This document shows, piece by piece, positions 42,843 through 52,277 of a stretch of DNA of 64,000 nt. Each line of letters begins with the position of its first letter. Within the stretch, counting starts at the first letter, position 1. The position numbers and the translations under genes were made by a program. Below the pieces are notes generated by a model that was given only the letters and a program-made list of their open reading frames with translations, searched no databases and had not been told where the DNA came from. The DNA is from Vulcanimicrobiota bacterium (GTDB lineage: Bacteria > Vulcanimicrobiota > Vulcanimicrobiia > Vulcanimicrobiales > Vulcanimicrobiaceae), in NCBI GenBank assembly GCA_963723515.1, contig CAVRQT010000003.1, positions 1-64,000 of the forward strand, read 5' to 3'.

Positions 42843-43628
42843 ACGCCCTTTACGATCCGTGCGGTCGTCGAGTACGACGGCACCGATTTTGCCGGCTTTC
42901 AACTGCAGCCGCAGGTGCGAACCGTCGCCTTCGAGCTGGAAAGTGCGTTCGGCAAGCTGCTCGACGAGCGAGTGCGCATCACCGCTGCAGGCCGCACTGA
43001 TGCCGGCGTTCATGCGAGCGGACAGGTCGTTTCCTTTAGGACGGAGCGGGCCTTTCCGTTCGAGCGGCTCACAATCGCAATGAACAGCATTTTGCCGCAC
43101 GACGTCTCGGTTCGCGAAGCGCAGGTCACTGAAGACGAATTTTCAGCGCGCTTCAGCGCGCTAGAGCGCACGTATGTCTACGTCGTTTTAAACAGCGACG
43201 AGCCTTCGGCGCTTTTGCGGCGCTATGTGTACCAGCTTCGCGGTGCACTGGACCTCGATCGATTGCGTGCCGCCGCCGCGCCATTGCTCGGCGAACACGA
43301 TTTTCGATCGTTTTGCGGCATGCTGCCTGAAAACGGCGCAACCGTAAGGCGGATCACCGCCATCGATGTCCGCAGGCAACGCAATCTCGTCATCCTGAGG
43401 TTCAGCGCCGACGGTTTCTTGCATCGCATGGTGCGCACGATTACCGGCACGCTGCTCGAAGTTGCTGCCGGTCGCCGGGAGGCCGAATCGCTACGCGAAA
43501 TTCTGGAAGCGCGCGACCGGCAAGAATCCGGCGCGACCGCACCAGCTTGCGGGCTGTATCTCGCGGGCGTACGTTACGCGAATTTCAATTCGTACAACGA
43601 TCCGCCGATCTGCATCGGAGCGCCTTAA
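42843..43628 (+). CDS. truA: tRNA pseudouridine(38-40) synthase (start codon unclear)
   Basis: EYDGTDFAGFQ upstream in frame; AGRTDAGVHA, GEHDF, FLHRMVR. Confidence 0.92.
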   Translation, partial: TPFTIRAVVEYDGTDFAGFQLQPQVRTVAFELESAFGKLLDERVRITAAGRTDAGVHASGQVVSFRTERAFPFERLTIAMNSILPHDVSVREAQVTEDEFSARFSALERTYVYVVLNSDEPSALLRRYVYQLRGALDLDRLRAAAAPLLGEHDFRSFCGMLPENGATVRRITAIDVRRQRNLVILRFSADGFLHRMVRTITGTLLEVAAGRREAESLREILEARDRQESGATAPACGLYLAGVRYANFNSYNDPPICIGAP

Positions 43629-43667
43629 GCCAAGAAGAATCCGGGTCGTGGCAACGGCGATACCGCC

Positions 43668-43697
43668 TTGACTGATACGTCATTGACGTAGTACTAT
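43668..43697 (+). promoter_or_regulatory. Sigma70 promoter with perfect palindromic operator for the TA operon
   Basis: TTGACT-N18-TACTAT with tacgtca-t-tgacgta (43676-43690) in the spacer. Confidence 0.7.
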
Positions 43698-43712
43698 GAA
43701 TGCGGTGTTCGC

Positions 43713-44003
43713 GTGGATGAATTCACCGGCTTCGAATGGGACGATGATAAGAGTGGACGCACCTTCGATGAGCGGGGTATCGATTTCGAAGCCGCAGCGA
43801 GGATCTTCGACGGGCCATTCGTTGAGCGACAAGATTTGCGACGTGAGTACGGCGAGCCGCGTTTCATTACCATCGGCGAAGTCGACGGCGTTGTGATCAC
43901 CGTGGCGTGGACACCTCGAGAATCTATCCGCCGCATTATCTCAGCGTGGCCGGCATCCAGCCGAGAAAGACGAATGTATCGTGAGTACTGTCAGGAAGAA
44001 TAA
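43713..44003 (+). CDS. BrnT-family (DUF497) ribonuclease toxin
   Basis: FEWDDDK....RGIDF..A..IF, YGEPRFITIG, RIISA. Confidence 0.85.
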   Translation: MDEFTGFEWDDDKSGRTFDERGIDFEAAARIFDGPFVERQDLRREYGEPRFITIGEVDGVVITVAWTPRESIRRIISAWPASSRERRMYREYCQEE

Positions 44004-44319
44004 ATCCGAGATCGGCCGAGGACGCATCAATCGCCCTAAGGTGTTGATGGCAACCGAGAAGCAGATTGCTGCTTGGAAAAAACGAGATGACGTAGACGAT
44101 GCAGCGCTCGGCGTCCCAAATTGGGTGCCGGCCATTAGCGTTCAAGCCATTCGAGAGCAAATCGGATTGACGCAAGAAGAGTTCGCAACTCGATTCATGC
44201 TCTCATTGCGGACGATTCAAGAGTGGGAGCAAGGCCGACGTGAGCCATCTGAGGCGGCGCGTGTTTTGCTGTTTGCAATTTCACGAGCGCCGAAAGCGTT
44301 AGAACGAGCTCTGCGCTAG
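43981..44319 (+). CDS. HTH-XRE antitoxin (HigA/YiaG-like)
   Basis: IREQIGLTQEEFA....S.RTIQEWEQGRREPS; overlaps toxin. Confidence 0.85.
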   Translation: MSTVRKNKSEIGRGRINRPKVLMATEKQIAAWKKRDDVDDAALGVPNWVPAISVQAIREQIGLTQEEFATRFMLSLRTIQEWEQGRREPSEAARVLLFAISRAPKALERALR

Positions 44320-45314
44320 CCGGAAGGGTTGATAGGGTTCCTCGCTTCGACGCGCGATTCGATGTAGCGATCGACTCCCGGACGAACCGCCTCCACCATC
44401 ATCGCGGCGCCAAGTGCAATGAGCGCGCCGACGATAACGAGCAGCTCGTCCCGTTCGCCCTCACGATCCGCTTCGCGCCAGCGCACTTCAACGGTTTGCC
44501 CGAGTTTGACGCCGCGCTCGCTTTCGGGCGAAACGACGGAGCTGTTTCCGATCCACGAATATCCGCCTGAGAATTCAACGCTTTCCGTTCCTGCGGTGTG
44601 TGGGAAACGAATGTACACCGTTGGCGCGGCGGTGTGCGGCGCCATGTATGGACCCAGCCCCGCCGCATCGCGCGCCATAACGAGCAATCGCTTCGTCACA
44701 AATGTTTCCCGGTCGGCCGTGCGGCGCAAAGCACAGCGCAACTGAACGAGCGTTTCGACCGGCGCCAGCGTCCAGTTTTGGCTCACGGAATCGTAGATCA
44801 GCGGTTGATGCGGCTGGTGCGGCGTCACGGAGATGATCCAGTCGTCGTGAAAATTCGCGTCTGTTGCTGGGATCGGTTCGACTGCCAGCGTCTCGGTCGG
44901 CGTATCTTGCGCTCCGGTCAGCACCTCTTGGCATGCATCGGGGCCGGTCAAATGGGAGACCAAAATCTTGCCGCTGACTCCGGGCGGGTACCAGACGTAG
45001 AGCGCCGCGCTGCCGCGGTCTTCACGATAATCCGCCTCGGTATATGCTCCCAACTTTGCAAGGCGCGGACGGTCAATCGTTGTGTCGAGGAGCGAGCGCG
45101 TCGGGTGCAGCCCGGCGTTAGGAAAGAGAAACTCCAGGCGCAGCGTGTGTTCGTCGTCAATGGGCGCGTGCTTGACACCGACGACGATCCACGTGATGAT
45201 CGCCGCCAAGATGAAGAGGCAAAAGGCGAAGCTGCCCCAGGCGATAAGGCTGCGCCGTACCGAGTGGGGGCTGATCGAGAAAAGGGCATACCCAGGCTCA
45301 GGAACCTGACCCAT
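44316..45314 (-). CDS. Hypothetical membrane protein (two TM helices flanking an extracytoplasmic domain)
   Basis: 332-aa ORF with N- and C-terminal hydrophobic segments. Confidence 0.6.
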   Translation of the reverse strand: MGQVPEPGYALFSISPHSVRRSLIAWGSFAFCLFILAAIITWIVVGVKHAPIDDEHTLRLEFLFPNAGLHPTRSLLDTTIDRPRLAKLGAYTEADYREDRGSAALYVWYPPGVSGKILVSHLTGPDACQEVLTGAQDTPTETLAVEPIPATDANFHDDWIISVTPHQPHQPLIYDSVSQNWTLAPVETLVQLRCALRRTADRETFVTKRLLVMARDAAGLGPYMAPHTAAPTVYIRFPHTAGTESVEFSGGYSWIGNSSVVSPESERGVKLGQTVEVRWREADREGERDELLVIVGALIALGAAMMVEAVRPGVDRYIESRVEARNPINPSG

Positions 45315-45395
45315 CGGCTCGCTCGCCTTGGACCGGCGCTCGGCCGTCCCCTTCCCTTGACCCTAGGCAGCGTTCTCCGATACAATACGGCGGTT

Positions 45396-45833
45396 GTGCA
45401 GACGTTTCAAATGAAGACTGCCGATACGAAGCATTCGTGGTATGTCGTTGATGCCGCGGGTCAGCGTTTGGGAACGTTAGCGGTTCGCATTGCCCGCGCG
45501 CTCTGCGGCAAATACAAGCCGACGTGGACGCCGCACATCGACGACGGCGATTTTGTCGTCGTGCTCAACGCCGAAAAAATTGAGCTCGGCGGCAAGAAGT
45601 GGGAACAAAAAGTTTACCGCCGGCACAGCGGTTATCCCGGCGGCTTGCACACGCAGACCGCACAAGACGTTCGCGAACGGTACCCCGAGCGGCTGATCGA
45701 AATGGCCGTGCGCGGGATGTTGCCGACAAACAAGCTGCGCGACATTCAATTGCGGCGACTGAAAGTCTATCCGACGCAAACGCATCCGCACGCCGCGCAA
45801 GCGCCGCAACCGCTGCCCGAGACGATCGCTTGA
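45396..45833 (+). CDS. rplM: 50S ribosomal protein L13
   Basis: [38 protein letters not shown]18-TACAAT promoter upstream. Confidence 0.95.
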   Translation: MQTFQMKTADTKHSWYVVDAAGQRLGTLAVRIARALCGKYKPTWTPHIDDGDFVVVLNAEKIELGGKKWEQKVYRRHSGYPGGLHTQTAQDVRERYPERLIEMAVRGMLPTNKLRDIQLRRLKVYPTQTHPHAAQAPQPLPETIA

Positions 45834-46219
45834 ACGAAAACTTCGCGGGCACGGGCCGCCGTAAACGCTCGATCGCGCGCGTGCGCCTCTCGCTGGGTCA
45901 GGGCACCATCACGGTCAATAAGAAGTCGCTCGACGAGTACTTCCCGCGTCCGGCGTTGCAGCAGATCGTGCGGCAGCCGCTTGAAGTGACGCAAAGCCTC
46001 TCGCGCTTCAACGTTGAGGTCAAAGCCGAAGGCGGCGGGGTTGCCGGACAAGCCGGCGCCGTACGTCACGGCATCGCGCGAGCGCTCGTCGAGATGGACG
46101 AAGCGCTGCGCGAACCGCTTCGGCGTAACGGACTGCTGACGCGCGACCCGCGCGAAAAAGAATCGAAGAAGTACGGGCGCAAACGCGCTCGCAAGCGCTT
46201 CCAGTTCTCGAAGCGCTAA
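45830..46219 (+). CDS. rpsI: 30S ribosomal protein S9
   Basis: [27 protein letters not shown]. Confidence 0.95.
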   Translation: MNENFAGTGRRKRSIARVRLSLGQGTITVNKKSLDEYFPRPALQQIVRQPLEVTQSLSRFNVEVKAEGGGVAGQAGAVRHGIARALVEMDEALREPLRRNGLLTRDPREKESKKYGRKRARKRFQFSKR

Positions 46220-46284
46220 AGCACCCTCAATTTAGCAACAAGCAAGCCACTTCGTTGTCACCATGCGCGCCTATGATGGCGCGC

Positions 46285-46500
46285 ATGTTTGATCTTGCCC
46301 CCCAATTAGCGAGCGCGCTTCGCAAAAGCGCCGAACAACTGCAATCGACCGCGATGACGGCAGCCCGCGCGGAAACGAACGCCGGCGCGCCCGTTTCGAA
46401 TCAGGCCATGGCGTCGCTAGCGCGGGAGGCGATCTTCACTGAAACGCTCTTGAGCGCCATCCGATCGCGACTGCAAGAAATCAGGCTCGTGACCAAATGA
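46285..46500 (+). CDS. flgB: Highly reduced FlgB-like proximal rod protein
   Basis: 71 aa; C-terminal AMASLAREAIFTETLLSAIRSRL resembles the FlgB C-helix; first in cluster, overlapping flgC. Confidence 0.5.
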   Translation: MFDLAPQLASALRKSAEQLQSTAMTAARAETNAGAPVSNQAMASLAREAIFTETLLSAIRSRLQEIRLVTK

Positions 46501-46827
46501 ACGCGGACCTGCTCTCCATTGCGGCTCAAGGCATGGACGTGCAACGTGCCGCGCTCGATGTCGCGGCCAGAAATGTTGCCGCCGCTGAGGCTGCGGGCCC
46601 GAAGGGATCGTATGCGCGGTTGGTTCCACGCTTTCATCTCCTTCAGCGTGCCGGAAATACAGAGATCGCATTCGCCGGCGCGGCAACCGAACGTGGTTCA
46701 CACGTGGACATTCTCACGGAGATGGTGTCGGTCCTCAGAGCGTCGCGCGCGTTTGAGGCAAACGCATCCGTCTTCGATCTCGCAAAACGGCTCGCGGAAC
46801 GCACGATCGAGGTGGAGCGCGCAGTGA
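46497..46827 (+). CDS. flgC: FlgC-like rod protein (reads in frame into fliE)
   Basis: IAAQGMDVQRAALDVAARNVA; VDILTEMVSVLRASRAFEAN. Confidence 0.75.
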
Positions 46828-47093
46828 GGGTCGTTCCCTTACAGCCGGATATGCCGCAACCGGCAGTGCAGCAGACCGGGAGCACCGTTAACGCGTTTAC
46901 CGATGCCGTGAGCGCAATCGCCGGGTCGCTCGCGCGAGCCGAAAGCGCTGAAAACGCGTACGCGCTGGGAACGGGCACGTTGCAAAGCGCCGTGCTCGAA
47001 CGTGCGCGCGCCGATGTCGCACTTGCGGTTGCCGCGGCGGCAACTCAACGTACAGCGACCGCGGTGCAATCGATTCTGAACCTTCAGATCTAG
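46824..47093 (+). CDS. fliE: FliE-like protein
   Basis: AYALG...AVLERARADVAL......A.QSILNLQI FliE C-terminal pattern; GGTGGAG RBS before GTG. Confidence 0.7.
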   Translation: MRVVPLQPDMPQPAVQQTGSTVNAFTDAVSAIAGSLARAESAENAYALGTGTLQSAVLERARADVALAVAAAATQRTATAVQSILNLQI

Positions 47094-47096
47094 CCG

Positions 47097-48398
47097 ATGT
47101 CTTGGCCGAAGATGCTGCGAGCTTCGTTCGCTGCTCTCCCTCGGCCGGTAATCGTGATCGCCATTGCGGTTGCCGCCCTCAGCCTCATTGCGGCACTGTT
47201 CTTTTCGTTGCGTGGCGGTCAGGCCGCGCTCTTCGCCGGACCGGTGCATGCCGAACAGTTGGACGAAGTTGAGCAGCGCCTCGCGGAGTGGGACGTTCCT
47301 TTCACTCCCTTGGCCGACAATATCATGGTCAACTCAAGGCTGCGCAACGCACTTCTGCTGCGGCTTTCGCTCGCGGGCGTTCCGCACAGCCATATCGAGT
47401 CTTCGAGCGAGATGCTCACAAGAATCGGCGCTCTGACGCCGCAATCGATCGTCGATGAACAGCAGCGCAACGGGTTGGCAGCCGATCTCGAGCTGGCCTT
47501 GCGCGGGATCGACGGCGTCGATGATGCCACGGTGATCATCGCCCCGGCAAAGGCGGCGATCTATGCCGACGAGCATGCCCGCGATGCGACGGCCAGCGTA
47601 CGGCTTCACCTGCGCGCCGGCGCGCGGCTTCCGCCAAACGCCGTTGCGGGGATTCGTGCGTTCGTCGCGGCCGGTGTGCCCGACCTCGCGCCAAAGAACG
47701 TGACGATCGTTGACGACCGCGGTGTTGCGCTGCGCGACGAAATCGTCGATGCAGATCCGCAAGAGCTTCAGCCGGCGATTCAAAGCGCTCTGGATCAAAC
47801 ATTCGGCGCCGGCGTTTCCGTCGTACGCCTCGCGACATCGCCGGAGGGCGGAGGCTCGTCGTTAGGCCTTCGGCGCTCGATGCTTGTGCTCGTCGATCAG
47901 CGGCATGCGCCGCGTCTCGATGAAGTCAGTGCGGTTGCGTCGGCGGCCGGGGGCTTCGATTTTCGCCACGGCGATCGTCTTGACGTGGAGGCCGTGCACT
48001 TTGGAGAGACGACGCCGCATCGAAAGACAATTTGGCTCGCATTTTTGGGAAGCGCGTTGTCGATCGCACCCACGGTAATCGCGAGCGTCGCCTTGCTGAT
48101 CGGTTTACGGATCGGGATACGGCCTGCGGTAAGCATCCTCAAGACGATCGTTCGCAGCGCAACGATTGCGCGGACACAACGAACCACCCTAAGTCTTGCG
48201 CCGGCTCAGGTTCGCGGCGTGTTGCGCGGTGAGCCGCCGCACACCGCAGCCGCAATCATCAGCGCATTGCCCGCGGCAACGGCGGCCGCAGTCCTCGACA
48301 TGTATCCGGCCGAAGAACGCACCGCGATCATTCGCCGGATGTCGCGCGCGCAGTCCCCGCTGCTGCCGGACGTGGAGACGTTGATCTCGCATGCCTGA
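47097..48398 (+). CDS. fliF: Short FliF (MS-ring) fused to FliG middle domain
   Basis: TM1, LELALRGIDGV..A.V.I, TASV.L, V.AGVP.L...NVTIVDDRG, GFD..GD.L.V, TM2, then LRGEPPHTAAAIIS.LP...AA.VL (FliG EHPQ region). Confidence 0.8.
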   Translation: MSWPKMLRASFAALPRPVIVIAIAVAALSLIAALFFSLRGGQAALFAGPVHAEQLDEVEQRLAEWDVPFTPLADNIMVNSRLRNALLLRLSLAGVPHSHIESSSEMLTRIGALTPQSIVDEQQRNGLAADLELALRGIDGVDDATVIIAPAKAAIYADEHARDATASVRLHLRAGARLPPNAVAGIRAFVAAGVPDLAPKNVTIVDDRGVALRDEIVDADPQELQPAIQSALDQTFGAGVSVVRLATSPEGGGSSLGLRRSMLVLVDQRHAPRLDEVSAVASAAGGFDFRHGDRLDVEAVHFGETTPHRKTIWLAFLGSALSIAPTVIASVALLIGLRIGIRPAVSILKTIVRSATIARTQRTTLSLAPAQVRGVLRGEPPHTAAAIISALPAATAAAVLDMYPAEERTAIIRRMSRAQSPLLPDVETLISHA

Positions 48399-48861
48399 GT
48401 TTCGCACCCTCGTCGCCGTCCTTTCGAACGTCGAGGCGTCGCCGCAAGCAGCGCCTGAACCAGCGGTGATTTTCGATCCTACCGCTGCGACGGTCCCCGA
48501 AGCGATCGACATCGCGCTTAGCGATGCGCGGTTGATGCGTGCCCACTTGCGCGAGACGCTCGAAGAATCGTTCGACGATCTTCTGAGGGACATTGCGAGC
48601 GATGTCGTTGGTCGTGAGCTGCAGCTGCAACCGGTCGAGATCAAGCAGATCATCGTCGCCGCCATCGATCGGTACAGAGCCGAAATGCCGCTGCGCACAC
48701 GAGTTCATCCCGATGATGTGGCGGCGCTGAGAGATCTGGCCATCGACGTTGTTCCGGACGGCGCTCTAAAACGTGGTGACGCGTTTTTGGAGCTGCGCGA
48801 TGGAGCCGTCGATCTGAGTCTTGGCATCAGATTGGAGCGCTTGCTCGAAGCACGGGCGTGA
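48391..48861 (+). CDS. fliH: FliH/SctL-like stator protein (short)
   Basis: IA..VVGREL, RVHPDD, D.ALKRGD......GAVD. Confidence 0.75.
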   Translation: MPEFRTLVAVLSNVEASPQAAPEPAVIFDPTAATVPEAIDIALSDARLMRAHLRETLEESFDDLLRDIASDVVGRELQLQPVEIKQIIVAAIDRYRAEMPLRTRVHPDDVAALRDLAIDVVPDGALKRGDAFLELRDGAVDLSLGIRLERLLEARA

Positions 48862-50096
48862 AAGGCGAGAGCATCGGCCGTGTTTGCGATGCGCGGGCGG
48901 GCGTCGTTCAAGCAAAGTTGCCCGCGGTTTCGATCGGTGAGAGCGTCGAAATTCTGAGCCGCCGGCGCACGACTCTTGGAATCGTGCAGCGCGTCGGTGA
49001 GCGCGCCGTTTCGATTGCCTCGCATGGCGATGTGGAAGGCATCTCGGCCGGGGACGTCGTGCGCGCCTTACCTTACGGAAATGTTCGAGCGCCGGGCTTA
49101 GCCGCATTGGGACGCGCAATCGACGCGCGCGGACAGGCGATCGACGGTGGCCCGCCGGTGGTTTCTCGGCGTGGGGCCCGGATGAGAATTCGTCCATCGC
49201 CGTCGGCGCGAACGTTGCCGACCGCGCCGCTTTGGACCGGCATCAAAGCGATCGATGCGCTGTTGACGATTGCGCGCGGCGGAAGAGTCGGCATCTTCGG
49301 TCCGGCCGGTGCCGGCAAATCATCATTGCTCGCAATGTTAGACCGCGGTTGCCGTGCTGATGTGTCGGTCGTTGCGCTGATCGGCGAACGAGGGCGCGAA
49401 GCGCGCGAGTGGTTCGCGCGGTTGCATCCGCGCATGACCGTCATCTGCGCGGCGAGCGATCGCCCTGCGGCCGAACGTGTAACGGCCGCCGAATTGGCCA
49501 TTGCGCAAGCCGCACGTCTGCGTGGGCTCGGACTGGATGTCTTGCTGATTCTCGATAGCCTTGCCCGCCTTGGGGCGGCGTTGCGCGACGTTGCCGTTGC
49601 TTGCGGTGAGCCGGTCGGGCGCGCAGGTTTTCCGCCGAGCGTTTTCGCTCAAATTGCCCGCTTCGTTGAGTCGGCTGGAGCAACGGCAACCGGTTCAATA
49701 ACGCTCGTTGCGAGCGTGCTGAGCGAGGACGATCGAGAACCGATCGCGGAGGCCGCGCGATCGCTGCTTGACGGCCACATCACTTTGTCGCGTTCGCTCG
49801 CCCACGCGGGACGTTATCCCGCCATCGACGTGACATCGAGCGCCAGCCGCTTGATGTCCGCGGTGATATCGCAAACGCATGCTGAAGATGCCGCGACGCT
49901 GCGGCGGAGCCTCTGCGCCCTCAAGGACTCTGAAGACGCGCGCTCGATCGGACTGCCGCAACACGATCCGTGGATCCTTGCCGCGCAGCAGAACGAAGAG
50001 GCCATCGAGGAGCTGCTCCGGCAAGGAGTCGAACCGGTGGCGGCTGCCCTCACGTTACGCGACCTCCATATGCTCGCACAGCAGCTTCAACCCTAG
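48858..50096 (+). CDS. fliI: Type III export ATPase FliI/SctN
   Basis: TGIKAID, GPAGAGKS Walker A, IGERGRE, LLILDS Walker B, LDGHI.LSR, YPAID...S.SRLM. Confidence 0.92.
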   Translation: MKGESIGRVCDARAGVVQAKLPAVSIGESVEILSRRRTTLGIVQRVGERAVSIASHGDVEGISAGDVVRALPYGNVRAPGLAALGRAIDARGQAIDGGPPVVSRRGARMRIRPSPSARTLPTAPLWTGIKAIDALLTIARGGRVGIFGPAGAGKSSLLAMLDRGCRADVSVVALIGERGREAREWFARLHPRMTVICAASDRPAAERVTAAELAIAQAARLRGLGLDVLLILDSLARLGAALRDVAVACGEPVGRAGFPPSVFAQIARFVESAGATATGSITLVASVLSEDDREPIAEAARSLLDGHITLSRSLAHAGRYPAIDVTSSASRLMSAVISQTHAEDAATLRRSLCALKDSEDARSIGLPQHDPWILAAQQNEEAIEELLRQGVEPVAAALTLRDLHMLAQQLQP

Positions 50097-50126
50097 GCGC
50101 CGTTACGCAGCGCGCAGCAATTCGTT

Positions 50127-51695
50127 ATGTCGATAGTGACGCTGAGCATCTTAACGCTGGCCGCAGTCTGCGCGATCGCCGACGTGTCGCCGGCCGCCCA
50201 ACCGCGCGACGCCGCGCAAGTCTTGCAGTTATACCGTCGCGCGGTCGCGCCGACGGGTGCGTCGCCTCCGGCGGTTTGGCAGGCGCGAGGAACACTCAGT
50301 GGAGCGAATCTCGTCGGGACGTTTGCGTCGTGGCATGACGCCGAACACGATCGGCTCGATCAGGATCTCGGGGTGCGGCGCGAACGCACGTTGCGAATCG
50401 GCGAGCGCGTCTACGTCCAGAACAGCAGCGGAGATGTGATCGAGCTCAAAGGCCTGCTGCTGCGCCGTTCCCATACGCAAGACTTCATCGGCTCGAGCGA
50501 TCTCTTTCGACAGCCGCAATTTTCACGCTATCTCGGCCGTACAACGCTTTCGGACGGCCGCGATGTCTTTGCGCTTCAGGTGTCGCCGCCCAACGGCGAA
50601 ACGGAGACAATCGACGTCGATGCGCGCACGCATCTGCTCGACCGTTTAGAGTACATCGACGGCGACGGTCTCTTCACGATCGATTTCTCGGATTACCGGC
50701 CGGTCGACGGGTTTATGTTTGCATTTAGAGAGGTTCAGTCCGACGGCGACCATCCATACGACGTGACGCAAACGATGACGCAAATCAATGCCGGCACACC
50801 GATTTCAGCGCCCATTTTTGCACCATTGCAGCCGGCACGGCTGCAAGCATCTGGACCGGTGACGGTCCCATTGACCGAACGCAACGGCGGGCTCTATGCG
50901 GACGTCTCGATATTCGGACACAGCTTTTCTTTTTTGGTCGACAGCGGTGCGCAAGGGATTGTCGTGGACGCCAAAGCCGCGGCCTCGTTGCTGCTGGTGC
51001 CGCAAGGCTCGTTTGAAGCGCGCGGCGCGACTCGCAGCGGCGGAATCGGCGTTGCGCCACTGGACCACCTGATGATCGGCGGCGCGAAATTGCCCGTCGG
51101 CGTCGTTTCAATCCTCGACCTGGGCGCCTCTACGGCGGGACGCTTCCCGATCGACGGGATTTTGGGCTTTCCGCTTTTTGGCGCCGGCGTCGTCACGCTC
51201 GATGCGGCACACGCCACGATGACGATTTCACCACCTGGAACCCGGAGTGTTACGGGAGAGCCGTTTGAAATCGACGTCGATCGAGAACTTCCCGAGGTCG
51301 TCGCCAGCGTCAACGGTGTACAGGGACGCTTTCTGCTAGACACCGGCAACGGGAATGAACTGTTGTTGTTCCGCAATTTTCTTGAGGAACATCGCGGCGT
51401 ATTGCAGTTCAACCCGACCGGTTCGGTCGGAAGTTATGGCGTCGGCGGCGGCACGCGGGCCTATGCAACCGACGTCGATGAGCTTGACCTCGGATCATAT
51501 CGACTCTTTCACGCCAACACGAACGTGATGCTTTCGACCGAAGGTGCATTCGCGGATCGTTTTGATGCCGGCAACATCGGCCTTGGTGTACTGAAGAACT
51601 TCGTGGTGACGTTTGACGTACCGAATCGGATGCTCTATCTTGCGCCTGGCGCGAACTTCGATGACGGCCGGGGCCGGCGCGTGTTTCGGCAATAA
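50127..51695 (+). CDS. Secreted aspartyl protease with two retropepsin-like domains
   Basis: Signal peptide; FLVDSGA..DGILG and FLLDTGN..GNIG. Confidence 0.85.
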   Translation: MSIVTLSILTLAAVCAIADVSPAAQPRDAAQVLQLYRRAVAPTGASPPAVWQARGTLSGANLVGTFASWHDAEHDRLDQDLGVRRERTLRIGERVYVQNSSGDVIELKGLLLRRSHTQDFIGSSDLFRQPQFSRYLGRTTLSDGRDVFALQVSPPNGETETIDVDARTHLLDRLEYIDGDGLFTIDFSDYRPVDGFMFAFREVQSDGDHPYDVTQTMTQINAGTPISAPIFAPLQPARLQASGPVTVPLTERNGGLYADVSIFGHSFSFLVDSGAQGIVVDAKAAASLLLVPQGSFEARGATRSGGIGVAPLDHLMIGGAKLPVGVVSILDLGASTAGRFPIDGILGFPLFGAGVVTLDAAHATMTISPPGTRSVTGEPFEIDVDRELPEVVASVNGVQGRFLLDTGNGNELLLFRNFLEEHRGVLQFNPTGSVGSYGVGGGTRAYATDVDELDLGSYRLFHANTNVMLSTEGAFADRFDAGNIGLGVLKNFVVTFDVPNRMLYLAPGANFDDGRGRRVFRQ

Positions 51696-51740
51696 CCTCG
51701 TTATCGATCGACCATTTTCGCGGCTTATGCTATGCGCGCA

Positions 51741-52277
51741 ATGGACCGAACGCTCTGTGTCCTCAGCGTCCCGATTCAAACCTGCGATCGGCGAGCGCTT
51801 TCCGAAGCATGGTACGGCGCGCTGCACGCTGCGCAACCAGCGGCCGCGTCAGGAACAACTCTAAGACTTAAGACCGGCGGCGTTGCCGATGTGCCGAAGC
51901 GACGCTTCATCGAGTTCACAGCGCGCCAAAACAGCGCCGCTCGAGGTGGTGTCTCGCGACAAACATCAACCGCGCGCCGTTTCACGTCGCTGGAAGGGCA
52001 AGCCGCGTTTGCTTCGCGGAGATCTTCGCTTGCACGGCGGATCGAGCGCACGTTTTTGAAAGCGGCTCATCCAGCACGCCAGTCCACGTTCACGCTTGAA
52101 GATGGGCGCACGCGAGTGCACGTCATGTTGCGCCGGCTGGGCCGAAGCGTACACCTCGTTGCGCTTTGCACCGCTGCCGCTCGCCTTCCGGTCGCTCAGG
52201 CACTCGCCGAGATTCAACGCCGGCTTCGAGCGCGCGGAGTTGATTTACGCACCGCTCTAACGCAGCAGGTCGTTTGA
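51741..52277 (+). CDS. Putative short FliK-like (length control/substrate switch) protein
   Basis: C-terminal RVHVMLRR.G.SVHLVA.C..AAR..VAQALAEIQRRL.ARGV resembles the FliK_C/T3S4 domain; syntenic position. Confidence 0.5.
   Translation: MDRTLCVLSVPIQTCDRRALSEAWYGALHAAQPAAASGTTLRLKTGGVADVPKRRFIEFTARQNSAARGGVSRQTSTARRFTSLEGQAAFASRRSSLARRIERTFLKAAHPARQSTFTLEDGRTRVHVMLRRLGRSVHLVALCTAAARLPVAQALAEIQRRLRARGVDLRTALTQQVV

Noticed and set aside
44598..45395. Long N-terminal extension of L13 (411-aa ORF)
   Set aside because: It is the antisense frame of the minus-strand gene; the real start is near 45396 after a clear promoter.
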